Position numbers and translations under genes: made by a program. From the IMG/VR virus record IMGVR_UViG_3300009408_000001, positions 133,531 through 197,530 of that record: DNA of 64,000 bases. One strand, 5' to 3'. This DNA is from a virus. A model generated the notes under the pieces. It had not been told where the DNA came from. It saw nothing but the letters and a program-made list of their open reading frames with translations, and did not search any database. Shown piece by piece: positions 48,974-57,358 of this stretch. Position 1 is the stretch's first letter; each line of letters starts with the position of its first letter.

Positions 48974-50341
48974 ATGAGTGTACGCAATCCAATCACCTAT
49001 GAGGAGTTGTTAGAGCTTACACGGTCCCCGGGGTTTCTTACCTCATGGGACATAAACTGTACACTCTCTATAGCTGAGGTACCTCACGATGTTCTTAACA
49101 CGGGCGGCATAATGGCTACTCGTATGTTTGGCGAAACGTACTATGGTAACATGTTCCTGGTCATTGATGTTGATTCCGTGGTACATCAACGAATGGTGAA
49201 CCATAAGGATCACCTTACAGTGGAGATCACCCGCAGGCAGATAACAGAGGAAGGGATTGATGCCGGAGACCATTTAACCTTCAGCCAGACCTTTGACGCT
49301 AAGTTAACCGACGCCACAAATCCAGACATCATGGCACTGACTGCCGCTACACATGGAAACTCGGTTACCCAGCAGTTAACCCAACCTAGGAAAATCGCAC
49401 TCCAGCTAATAGAACCCTTTCTTTCGGACTACCGTCTTGTTAGCACGGGTGGAGTATACCGCGACGTTACCATGAAGGAGATCCTACAAGTGGTCCTCGG
49501 GGTAAACATGGGTAAAGTACCGGATGCCGCAATGTTGTCCTCTAGGGAGTACCCTGGACTACGGGGAGTGGATGTTACCGAACCCGATAACACCACCCGA
49601 TACAGTCACCTACTTATCCCACCGATGAAGTTGGTAGAGATACCTAAGTTTCTACAGGAGAAAGCAGGGGGTGTTTACTCGAGTGGGTTGGGGTGGCATG
49701 TGTATCGTGGGATCTGTTATGTGTATCCTAGACTTAAAACAACGGGGTTCCAGGAACAACCCCGCACCTTAACGGTACTGAACATCCCAACCGGGGAAAT
49801 CCCAACCCTAGAGAAGACGTTCCTTGTGAGATCAAACCAGGTGTTTGTGTTCTCTACCGGAAGCACTGGACACGCAGATGAATCGGAAGGGGTACTATCC
49901 AACGTGGGGAATGGGATACGGTACAGTCCGGCCTCCCACCTCCTTGATTCCTTTCGAACGGTAAGTGAGAACAAAGCCTGGTGTATTCGAAAGGACAACG
50001 TCAAAGAGTTCATTGTAAAGGAACGCCCGGATGGACGTAACAATATCCGAGACATTCCCGGTAACTTTACCGATAACCCATATCCACTGTTAAGTGAACT
50101 TACCCTTGGCCTAGGGAGTGTCATTCGTCTTAACTGGGACCACGCTGCACCACAGCTTGTATACCCAGGTATGCAGGTACGTATCCTGTATAAGAAGGGA
50201 GAACACATTGTACAACGGTATGGGAGTCTAATGGGCATTGTTGAGGTGGAAGTCTCTGCAACAGAAACCCTACTGGACAACCACTACACTAACACGTGCT
50301 CCCTCATTGTACGTGTAGCAGAAGAAGAAATAACCGCATAG
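48974..50341 (+). CDS. Tail/baseplate hub-type structural protein (phiKZ gp101-like)
   Basis: 455 aa; synteny and beta-rich profile. Confidence 0.55.
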   Translation: MSVRNPITYEELLELTRSPGFLTSWDINCTLSIAEVPHDVLNTGGIMATRMFGETYYGNMFLVIDVDSVVHQRMVNHKDHLTVEITRRQITEEGIDAGDHLTFSQTFDAKLTDATNPDIMALTAATHGNSVTQQLTQPRKIALQLIEPFLSDYRLVSTGGVYRDVTMKEILQVVLGVNMGKVPDAAMLSSREYPGLRGVDVTEPDNTTRYSHLLIPPMKLVEIPKFLQEKAGGVYSSGLGWHVYRGICYVYPRLKTTGFQEQPRTLTVLNIPTGEIPTLEKTFLVRSNQVFVFSTGSTGHADESEGVLSNVGNGIRYSPASHLLDSFRTVSENKAWCIRKDNVKEFIVKERPDGRNNIRDIPGNFTDNPYPLLSELTLGLGSVIRLNWDHAAPQLVYPGMQVRILYKKGEHIVQRYGSLMGIVEVEVSATETLLDNHYTNTCSLIVRVAEEEITA

Positions 50342-50402
50342 AACCCCGACCCCAATATGGGGTCGGAATATGTTGCCATGTGTAACCACTCAGGAGAATA
50401 AC

Positions 50403-50819
50403 ATGCAACTTAAAGAAGACCAAGTCATCGACACCGTCGTAATGCACAACGTTCGTTTATACTACGCTATATCCCAGCGGACCTTGGCAAAATCAAAACG
50501 GATGTCCAGTACAGCGGCATACCGCATGGAAAGAAACAACCCCTGTGTTTATATCTTACTGGTCAGAGACTTCCTCAGAACACGAGATCCCCATTTTACC
50601 AACCGGTCTCTTGCACTTACATTCGGAGCAATGGGAGTGGTTTTAGAGCATGTCCCTGTTGTGAAATTTGCGTTCCTGTTTACCGTCCCGTACGACAAGA
50701 TAACCCTGGCCCGAACTTGGTTAGATAATAATCCAACTGAGGAAGTTACTGCCATGATCGCAGCGTATACGGGGTTTCTGGAGGAGAATAGTTTCAATAA
50801 CCTATTACATTACCGATAA
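50403..50819 (+). CDS. XRE-like helix-turn-helix protein 1
   Basis: VRLYYAISQRTLAKSKRMSSTAAYRMERN matches XRE spacing R-x5-SQ-xx-LA-x4-(V/M)S-x5-R-x-E. Confidence 0.6.
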   Translation: MQLKEDQVIDTVVMHNVRLYYAISQRTLAKSKRMSSTAAYRMERNNPCVYILLVRDFLRTRDPHFTNRSLALTFGAMGVVLEHVPVVKFAFLFTVPYDKITLARTWLDNNPTEEVTAMIAAYTGFLEENSFNNLLHYR

Positions 50820-50833
50820 CACATCCGTGTTAT
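50803..50833 (+). promoter_or_regulatory. Early promoter plus +1 palindrome GATAACAC-ATCC-GTGTTAT
   Basis: TATTAC-N6-palindrome, overlapping the stop of HTH protein 1. Confidence 0.8.
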
Positions 50834-50859
50834 TTAACCAATTTGGAGATACAAAGCCT

Positions 50860-51360
50860 ATGAATACCGAACAATTGATTGAAGCGGTTGTTAGTTCCGC
50901 TCAGGACTTGGCGAACGCACTGGACGCTCAGGGAAATAACGCGACGCGTATTTCCCACGTACTTGCTATTCAAGACGGGGCTAGGGCCCTCCCCGTATTC
51001 CTTGTGGAAAATGGCGATGCATACTTATCCAAAATGCATCATGTTGTCGCGATGGCCATGGCCACTCTCGCGGATGAGGTCGGGTTACAGGCAACCGGTC
51101 GCTTCCTGATGGGTGCCATTATGGAATGGGAAGTCAATTCTCCGTCATTCGAGGAACATTTCCACTTAATGAATTCTGCAGATGGGAGAACAGCTCCACG
51201 TGTCTCCATTGCAATACGCACAATCATGCACAAATATGAAGGTGCAGTGGACTTTCTAAACGTCCAACTCGAGGCTAACAAAGCGATCACGGCTGCTATT
51301 GAAGCGGTGGACCTCTCCAATATGGAAGAGATTACATTAGCGGCGAACCGCAAACACTGA
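50860..51360 (+). CDS. Helical hypothetical protein, duplicate A
   Basis: Start after TTGGAG; close paralog of the next ORF. Confidence 0.7.
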   Translation: MNTEQLIEAVVSSAQDLANALDAQGNNATRISHVLAIQDGARALPVFLVENGDAYLSKMHHVVAMAMATLADEVGLQATGRFLMGAIMEWEVNSPSFEEHFHLMNSADGRTAPRVSIAIRTIMHKYEGAVDFLNVQLEANKAITAAIEAVDLSNMEEITLAANRKH

Positions 51361-51380
51361 CGTGAAACTTAACCACGTGT

Positions 51381-51416
51381 AATAAAGAGGCCCTTAACGG
51401 GGCCTCTTTATTTTTT
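51381..51416 (+). terminator. Cassette-family terminator
   Basis: AATAAAGAGGCCC-TTAACG-GGGCCTCTTTATT. Confidence 0.85.
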
Positions 51417-51442
51417 GCCGTTTCAGCCATTATTAAGAACCA

Positions 51443-51474
51443 CATTACCTTACTGATAACACGTCCGTGTTATC
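51443..51474 (+). promoter_or_regulatory. Early promoter plus +1 palindrome GATAACAC-GTCC-GTGTTATC
   Basis: CATTAC-N6-palindrome. Confidence 0.8.
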
Positions 51475-51499
51475 TAACCCATTTGGAGATACAACGATT

Positions 51500-52015
51500 A
51501 TGAACAAAATTACCAAACAATTGGTTGAAACTATTGTTAATTCCGCACAGGACTTGGAAAACGCACTGAACGCGCAGAAAGAGAACTCGACGTGTATGGC
51601 TCACGCACGTGCTATTTGTGACGTGGTTAACGCACTCCCCGTATTCCTTGTGGAATATGGCGATACATACTTATCGAAAATGCATCATGTTGTCGCGATG
51701 TCCATGTCCACTCTCGTGGAAGAGGTCGGACCACAGGCAACCGGTCGATTCCTGATGGGTGCCATAGCGGAATGGGAAGTCAATTCTCTGACATCCGAGG
51801 AACATTTCCACTTAGTAAATTCTGCAGATGGGAGAGCAGCTCCACATGTCTCCATTGCAATACGCACAGTCATGCACAAATATGAAGGTGCAGTGGACTT
51901 TCTAAACGTCCAACTCGAGGCTAACAAAGCGATCACGGCTGCTATTGAAGCGGTGGACCTTTCCAATGCGGAAGAGGACAAAGAGGTTACATTAGCGGCG
52001 AACCGCAAACACTGA
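51500..52015 (+). CDS. Helical hypothetical protein, duplicate B
   Basis: Paralog of 50860..51360. Confidence 0.7.
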   Translation: MNKITKQLVETIVNSAQDLENALNAQKENSTCMAHARAICDVVNALPVFLVEYGDTYLSKMHHVVAMSMSTLVEEVGPQATGRFLMGAIAEWEVNSLTSEEHFHLVNSADGRAAPHVSIAIRTVMHKYEGAVDFLNVQLEANKAITAAIEAVDLSNAEEDKEVTLAANRKH

Positions 52016-52035
52016 CGTGAAACTTAACCACGTGT

Positions 52036-52071
52036 AATAAAGAGACCCTTAACGGGGCCTCTTTATTTTTT
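52036..52071 (+). terminator. Cassette-family terminator
   Basis: AATAAAGAGACCC-TTAACG-GGGCCTCTTTATT. Confidence 0.8.
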
Positions 52072-52097
52072 GCCGTTTCAGTCATTATTAAGAACCA

Positions 52098-52128
52098 CAT
52101 TACCTTACTGATAACACGTCCGTGTTAT
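52098..52128 (+). promoter_or_regulatory. Early promoter plus +1 palindrome upstream of the XRE-peptidase operon
   Basis: CATTAC-N6-GATAACAC-GTCC-GTGTTAT. Confidence 0.8.
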
Positions 52129-52150
52129 TTAAATTTTTGGAGATTTACTT

Positions 52151-52543
52151 ATGGTAAATACAGATACGATTATACCGAGGCAACATACGCTCGGTGAGTT
52201 AATAAAGGTGCACCGTGCTCGCGGTTCACTCTCTCAGGCTTCCCTGTCAGATATAGCGGGTTTATCCCGGACGCATCTCTCTCGAGTAGAAGTGGGGTCG
52301 GCTAAGGCCAATCCCCTGTTTATATCTCGGCTGTCTAAGTGCTTGTCCCTGACACCGGGTGAGTCCTCTGATCTAAGACGTGCTGCTACACGGGCAAATC
52401 GATACCTAGATAAGACAGACGTTACACGGGATGCCTTATTTAACCAGGTTGGTAAAACAATTGACATCATGTCAGAAGGTGATGCAAATGCAATCTCCCG
52501 GATTGTACTTCATTACGCTCGTGAACTAGGAGAAGTAAAATGA
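52151..52543 (+). CDS. XRE-family HTH transcriptional regulator 2
   Basis: HRARGSLSQASLSDIAGLSRTHLSRVEVG. Confidence 0.85.
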   Translation: MVNTDTIIPRQHTLGELIKVHRARGSLSQASLSDIAGLSRTHLSRVEVGSAKANPLFISRLSKCLSLTPGESSDLRRAATRANRYLDKTDVTRDALFNQVGKTIDIMSEGDANAISRIVLHYARELGEVK

Positions 52544-53058
52544 CAACCTTACATGCTTACATTGACGGGAACACCGGCTATGTACTAGCCGATTCGATTG
52601 GTACCACTGATAACCCCACGGTAGGAAGAATTCCGGCTAATAAAATGTACTCCACCCCATATGCTGTCTTTGCTTTCGCTGGGGATGCTAAAGAAGCTAA
52701 ACGTAAGGCAGAGTACATCATTAACCAAGGACCCATCCCAATGGACAAGTGGCTGGAGCAGATATCCGATCCGGACAACAAGGAGCCTAAGTACGCCAGC
52801 GTAGGTATATACCGTACAGCGGAGGGAAAGTTATATTACTTCCTCTCGGAGGGGGATGTCAGGAAGTTCCACACTATAGATAGTGGAAACTCATGGGGTG
52901 TATGTGCGGGGTCGGGTGCTGGAGCAATGTATACGTTACTACATCTTACTACCGACCGCAGCATTGAAAAATCCCTAAAACTATTCAAGACGGTTGTGGC
53001 ACTGGACAAGTTCTCGGGTGGGGAGTGTGTTTGGAAATCAATTGAGGGTAAAACATGA
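52540..53058 (+). CDS. Proteasome-beta/HslV-like N-terminal nucleophile (Thr) peptidase
   Basis: M-T-T start; mature D17, K34, G47 (AGD); AGSG; LDKFSGG. Confidence 0.8.
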   Translation: MTTLHAYIDGNTGYVLADSIGTTDNPTVGRIPANKMYSTPYAVFAFAGDAKEAKRKAEYIINQGPIPMDKWLEQISDPDNKEPKYASVGIYRTAEGKLYYFLSEGDVRKFHTIDSGNSWGVCAGSGAGAMYTLLHLTTDRSIEKSLKLFKTVVALDKFSGGECVWKSIEGKT

Positions 53059-53744
53059 AACATACACTGATCTGTGATAAAACCGTCGGGATGGTACAGG
53101 TAGCTCACTTCCCACGTCACCTGCATATCTCGCCACTGCGCAGTTCTGAACCTGGGTACTTTACCAAAAACGGTTGGACTGTAGTGGGGGACATCTCCGC
53201 AATGTTTAAATCCAGGTTATTCGAGTACATTGCGGAACGGTACAAAACTAAAGAAGGGCGGTCGGATCTGCTTACGTCTGGCCTTAAGCCAAGTATGATG
53301 CAGCACCATAAGGTTTACCCAGATAGACGGGATACATGTATCGTTATTCCTCCGGATGAAAATGCACGACACATGTGTACCATGTTTGGTCCATGGTATG
53401 GGACACTGAACCCGGGCCTCACGATAAGCAACACCGGGGATCGAGAAGATGGATTTGAAGCATGTCTAGCGTGGGAGTGTCGGGTCTTGGAAGCAATCGA
53501 GTCCGGTAACGAGTCGTATCTACCGACTATCCTGGAAGTAGCCGCGTTGCAGTCACACCACTACCTCCCACATCCAAATGGAATGGAGCTGGTTACGATC
53601 ACTCCAGCCGGGGTGACTACTAAACCATATTCTTCCCTGGAACTGGCAGAAATCTACAAGGGGTTCCATAAGAATGTGGACTTATACATGGCGTCGTTCA
53701 CGAAAAAGAAACCAGTTAGAAAGAAACGAACGCCAAAGAAGTAA
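53055..53744 (+). CDS. Hypothetical protein, possibly a degenerate Ntn-fold partner; basic C-tail
   Basis: ATGA-coupled to the peptidase; weak motif echoes. Confidence 0.5.
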   Translation: MKHTLICDKTVGMVQVAHFPRHLHISPLRSSEPGYFTKNGWTVVGDISAMFKSRLFEYIAERYKTKEGRSDLLTSGLKPSMMQHHKVYPDRRDTCIVIPPDENARHMCTMFGPWYGTLNPGLTISNTGDREDGFEACLAWECRVLEAIESGNESYLPTILEVAALQSHHYLPHPNGMELVTITPAGVTTKPYSSLELAEIYKGFHKNVDLYMASFTKKKPVRKKRTPKK

Positions 53745-53792
53745 CTAACCCCCAGGCTCTCAACCGAGAGCCTACCATAGGAGTAAAGAAAC

Positions 53793-54521
53793 ATGAAACG
53801 ATTTGACACAATCGCCTATCTACTCGATACAAAACTTTGTGTAATGCCTGGCATTAACGATTCCACCGTGTATCCGGTATTGGTAAGCAAACATGAGGTG
53901 CGTAACATATGTGAAGGGTCCGAAAAACCTTTCGGAGTCGCAGCATTTACTGACCTCGGGATATATGGGTACACCGGTACCCACGGGGGCGTTACCGTCT
54001 ACAACCCGGACACCACAGAACGTGTTCTCAGGATCCCACCGCCCCCTGGTGGGTGTTTAAAGTGGGCGGGACACTCCGGGAATTATGCCGTTTCCATACT
54101 GCGCGAGGTAGTGCCAGGTACCCCCTTCGTGGTTAGGCAGTGTGACCTAGCAACCGGATACACCCAGGTGTATCGGTTATTTCCCGATCCCCAAGAAATC
54201 GACCTAGAAGACATTTCGACCATCAAGTTGGGTACCTTGAAACACAAGGGTTCTCTCCCCACGGTGGTTCTTTACATCACGTACCTGTGTTTAGCCGACG
54301 AAATACATGCGGTCGCACCATTGGATAGGGTAGATGATTACGCGCTGACCAGAATCGACTATACCGAAGACCAGTGGGCCGTTTTCGAAAACGAATACCT
54401 GTGGCCAGAAGGGGAACTTCGGTTTCCCACAGTGAAAGAAAGTCGACCCGTATCTGGAATCCGAAAGTACGTAAACCGGGTAAGACGCAGACTTTCCGTA
54501 ATTTGGAGTAACGAAGAATGA
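53793..54521 (+). CDS. Hypothetical beta-rich protein
   Basis: 242 aa with SD AGGAG. Confidence 0.55.
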   Translation: MKRFDTIAYLLDTKLCVMPGINDSTVYPVLVSKHEVRNICEGSEKPFGVAAFTDLGIYGYTGTHGGVTVYNPDTTERVLRIPPPPGGCLKWAGHSGNYAVSILREVVPGTPFVVRQCDLATGYTQVYRLFPDPQEIDLEDISTIKLGTLKHKGSLPTVVLYITYLCLADEIHAVAPLDRVDDYALTRIDYTEDQWAVFENEYLWPEGELRFPTVKESRPVSGIRKYVNRVRRRLSVIWSNEE

Positions 54522-54649
54522 CCATGGAAAACGACGTCATCCCAATGACAGGGGATGGTCGTTCTTCTACCAGTAGCACTATAGCAACAGGTAGCAATGT
54601 GACCATACCCAACCATCCCATCTACCTGCGTACTACGCTGACAGCATAA
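54518..54649 (+). CDS. Small 43-aa ORF
   Basis: ATGA-coupled, upstream GGAG, ends just before a terminator. Confidence 0.4.
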   Translation: MTMENDVIPMTGDGRSSTSSTIATGSNVTIPNHPIYLRTTLTA

Positions 54650-54653
54650 GTAG

Positions 54654-54683
54654 GAGGCCCTTAACGGGGCCTCTTTCTTTTTT
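54654..54683 (+). terminator. Cassette-family terminator
   Basis: GAGGCCC-TTAACG-GGGCCTC plus T tract. Confidence 0.85.
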
Positions 54684-55173
54684 ACCGGTATACCGGTACA
54701 TGGACGTTCCACCGGTATTCTAGTCCAGAAGCAGCAGACGCCAATGTCCCACTGGTTTGGATGTTCTCCCATCTCTGGTAGGCATGGTGGTTAGGGAAGA
54801 AGGTATCCGCTCCATATGTACCGGTTACTTGGGTAACGTACAGTAAGTCAACGTGTGACAGGAACTCCTTGTAAATGGACTCCCCACCTACTACCCATGC
54901 GTTATCTTCATTGGCCGCCAACTCCATGAACTCATGTAAGTTGTTTATAACCGTACAGTCCCCTGGGCTAAATGAGGGATCCCCACTTAGAACACACGTC
55001 TTTCTTCCGGGTAACGCCTTCCCGATGCTGTCATAGGTACCCCTACCCATGAACAGGACGCCTCCCATGGTAAGGGCTTTAAACCGCGCTAAGTCTTCCG
55101 GGATACTCCACAATAACTTACCATCCTTACCAATCCCATTTTCATCGTCTACCGCTACAATCATCTTAAGCAC
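54682..55173 (-). CDS. folA: Dihydrofolate reductase
   Basis: MIVAVDDENGIG..GKLLW.IPEDL..FK, MGRGTY, LPGRK, GGESIY, DTFFP; probable GTG start after GGAG. Confidence 0.95.
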   Translation of the reverse strand: MLKMIVAVDDENGIGKDGKLLWSIPEDLARFKALTMGGVLFMGRGTYDSIGKALPGRKTCVLSGDPSFSPGDCTVINNLHEFMELAANEDNAWVVGGESIYKEFLSHVDLLYVTQVTGTYGADTFFPNHHAYQRWENIQTSGTLASAASGLEYRWNVHVPVYR

Positions 55174-55189
55174 ATTGCTCTCCAGTACA

Positions 55190-56773
55190 TTACCATGCTT
55201 CTTCAACAGGGTTTTCCAGTTTAGGGACATCATCATCCCCGAACCCTAAGTCTTCCCCACCGACCCCATCTTCGCTGTCGTTGGATCGTCTACCTAGGTC
55301 GTAAATTACTTTAGGTACGTCATCGTGAATGTCATCTACAATGCCACCTACCTTATGGAACTCATACGCAAAGTTACAGTGTGCTTCTGGTGTAATTGAA
55401 ATACCCCGGTGCTTACCCCTTGCGAATACCAAATATTCTTTCTCTCCAAACTTGTGTTTGTGGATAATCCACTCCAGGTCCAGTTTGGTATGTAAACTTT
55501 TCGTGTTTCTGTAATACCCGCCCTTAGCAACAAGCTTAGGTAAGTTGGTGGTTCCTTCACGAGCCAATTCCTGGGCCTCTGTGGAGAGTTGATGTCCGTT
55601 GACGACGGTTATACCCCTGGAGTAACAATGGTTGCGTACGGTCTCTACAGCCCCGTTAATAGCTTCATCGATTCTTTTAGAGCCGTCCTTAGATGCAATG
55701 AGTTCCAAGTAATCAATTGCGACTAGGTGAATCTCGTATCCTTCACGTGCATAATCCTCCAGTACATCAAGTACGTCATACACTTTAAATACGTTGGCAT
55801 CATAGCACAACATATCGAACGTGTACCCATTGACACCCAGCTTCTCAATGATGTAATCCGTTGCCTTGTCTGGATCAACGTTCTTAACATCCACACTCTG
55901 ACGAGTCTCATGTTCTACAAGCGATTTGTAAATCAGTGGTAAATCCTGATCGGGTTGATTCTCGAAGCTGATCCGGAGCACCAGTGGTTTTTTCTTTTCA
56001 TCTAACATGTACGGTTCGTTATGAATACATGCCCAGCGAACACAGTCATTAAGAATACCGGTCTTATACTGATGCGGTAACCCACCAAAGTTAACAAACT
56101 CGCCTCGTCTGTAACCAAACCCGCCACAACCCCGATTAAGTCCAACCAAACCGGTCTTAATCATCCCTGCTTCGGAGTAACTCTTAGAGGTCTTTACTAA
56201 AGTATCCTTTAGACTCTCCCGGTCTCCCGTGCTAAGGCGCGCCACAAACCCAGGTTTCTCACCCCCTTCCCCTTCCCCTACAAAGGAGACAATGTTCTCC
56301 TGTAGTTCTCGTAACTCATCCCGAACGTCCACCAGTTCGTCACTGTAGTTCACCTTCTTATTAGCAGAAGAGATTATGCGTCGTGCTCGTTCGTTATTAA
56401 GCTCGTACCTAAGGGAAGAAGAAAGTGCGTAGATGCGTTTACTGGACCGCTCACCGTCACCGTCCACCATGAGACTGGTTGTGAGTTCTGCTAACAGGGA
56501 AGGCTCTTCATCCAGATCCAACCTAACCCTAGATAAGATGTCTTCCTTAGTAAACTCAATAGTTCCAAAGGTACGGATCATCCAGCTTAACATAGAGAGT
56601 GTGTTCTTGCCAGCAACTTGTTGTTGGGTTTCTCCAATGGTGGACTTAGGAATGGAAATATTCTCGAGCGATTCTTTAACTACATCAATTACTGGGGTCC
56701 AACTACCATCTGTCTTTGAGGCGAGGTACATAATGGTCGTGCAGTGTACCAATGTTACATACGGGTTAGACAT
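55190..56773 (-). CDS. dnaB: DnaB-like replicative helicase (phiKZ gp118-like)
   Basis: Variant Walker A GLPHQYKT, ISFEN, IDYLE Walker B, GHQLS, RGKHR; upstream of the capsid operon. Confidence 0.85.
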   Translation of the reverse strand: MSNPYVTLVHCTTIMYLASKTDGSWTPVIDVVKESLENISIPKSTIGETQQQVAGKNTLSMLSWMIRTFGTIEFTKEDILSRVRLDLDEEPSLLAELTTSLMVDGDGERSSKRIYALSSSLRYELNNERARRIISSANKKVNYSDELVDVRDELRELQENIVSFVGEGEGGEKPGFVARLSTGDRESLKDTLVKTSKSYSEAGMIKTGLVGLNRGCGGFGYRRGEFVNFGGLPHQYKTGILNDCVRWACIHNEPYMLDEKKKPLVLRISFENQPDQDLPLIYKSLVEHETRQSVDVKNVDPDKATDYIIEKLGVNGYTFDMLCYDANVFKVYDVLDVLEDYAREGYEIHLVAIDYLELIASKDGSKRIDEAINGAVETVRNHCYSRGITVVNGHQLSTEAQELAREGTTNLPKLVAKGGYYRNTKSLHTKLDLEWIIHKHKFGEKEYLVFARGKHRGISITPEAHCNFAYEFHKVGGIVDDIHDDVPKVIYDLGRRSNDSEDGVGGEDLGFGDDDVPKLENPVEEAW

Positions 56774-56860
56774 GTCTTTGTATTCCTTCATTCGTTTTTT
56801 GGCTTACTCTATTGTACGTACACGTAAAAGAAATAATCCTATGTAACCTAAGGAAAACCT

Positions 56861-57358
56861 ATGAAGACTTTATACTTGAGTGCAGAGGTACTGGATGGGC
56901 TAGCAGGGATGGGCGTTTCCATTTCATCGTCTGTCTTGTTTCCTGCATTAGAACGTATAGGGGCCTTTGACACGTGGGAAAATAATACGTGTTATGTGAC
57001 CAGTAAAATACTGACAGCGCATAACTGGCCCTTTTACAACGATCCCAGTTTTACTATTGCACACATGACGTACCATGCCGAAGAAGTAACCTCTTTAGGG
57101 CACAGGGCTTTGTTTGTCGATAGGAACGAATACTATGAGACACATGGCGTAAACGACGCTGATGTACCTCAATTTTACGAACTTGATGCTCAGGTTAATG
57201 CCGGAGTTCTCTTATTGACAGACGCAGGCGAGAAGCTTAACTACGTCGAGTCGGTAACTAAATACTTTACGGCTATGTCCCAATACGCTAGCGCTAGCGA
57301 TGTCGTGGAGTCCGATACCTTCGCTCTATGGGCGAGAAAAAACCTTAAGGAAGTATGA
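56861..57358 (+). CDS. Conserved protein upstream of capsid (phiKZ gp119-like)
   Basis: 165 aa, coupled to the MCP gene. Confidence 0.55.
   Translation: MKTLYLSAEVLDGLAGMGVSISSSVLFPALERIGAFDTWENNTCYVTSKILTAHNWPFYNDPSFTIAHMTYHAEEVTSLGHRALFVDRNEYYETHGVNDADVPQFYELDAQVNAGVLLLTDAGEKLNYVESVTKYFTAMSQYASASDVVESDTFALWARKNLKEV

Larger units (their letters stand above)
50803..52143 (+). repeat. Tandem promoter-ORF-terminator duplication (periods 640 and 655 bp)
   Basis: Promoter/palindrome/SD block at 50803, 51443, 52098; about 51340-51473 is near-identical to about 51995-52128. Confidence 0.9.

Noticed and set aside
50860-52015. Hemerythrin/ferritin assignment for the duplicated His-rich proteins
   Set aside because: His/Glu order and spacing do not match the canonical motifs.
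50803-52143. CRISPR-like array from the repeated palindromes
   Set aside because: The intervening segments are 600+ bp genes; no cas genes are present.
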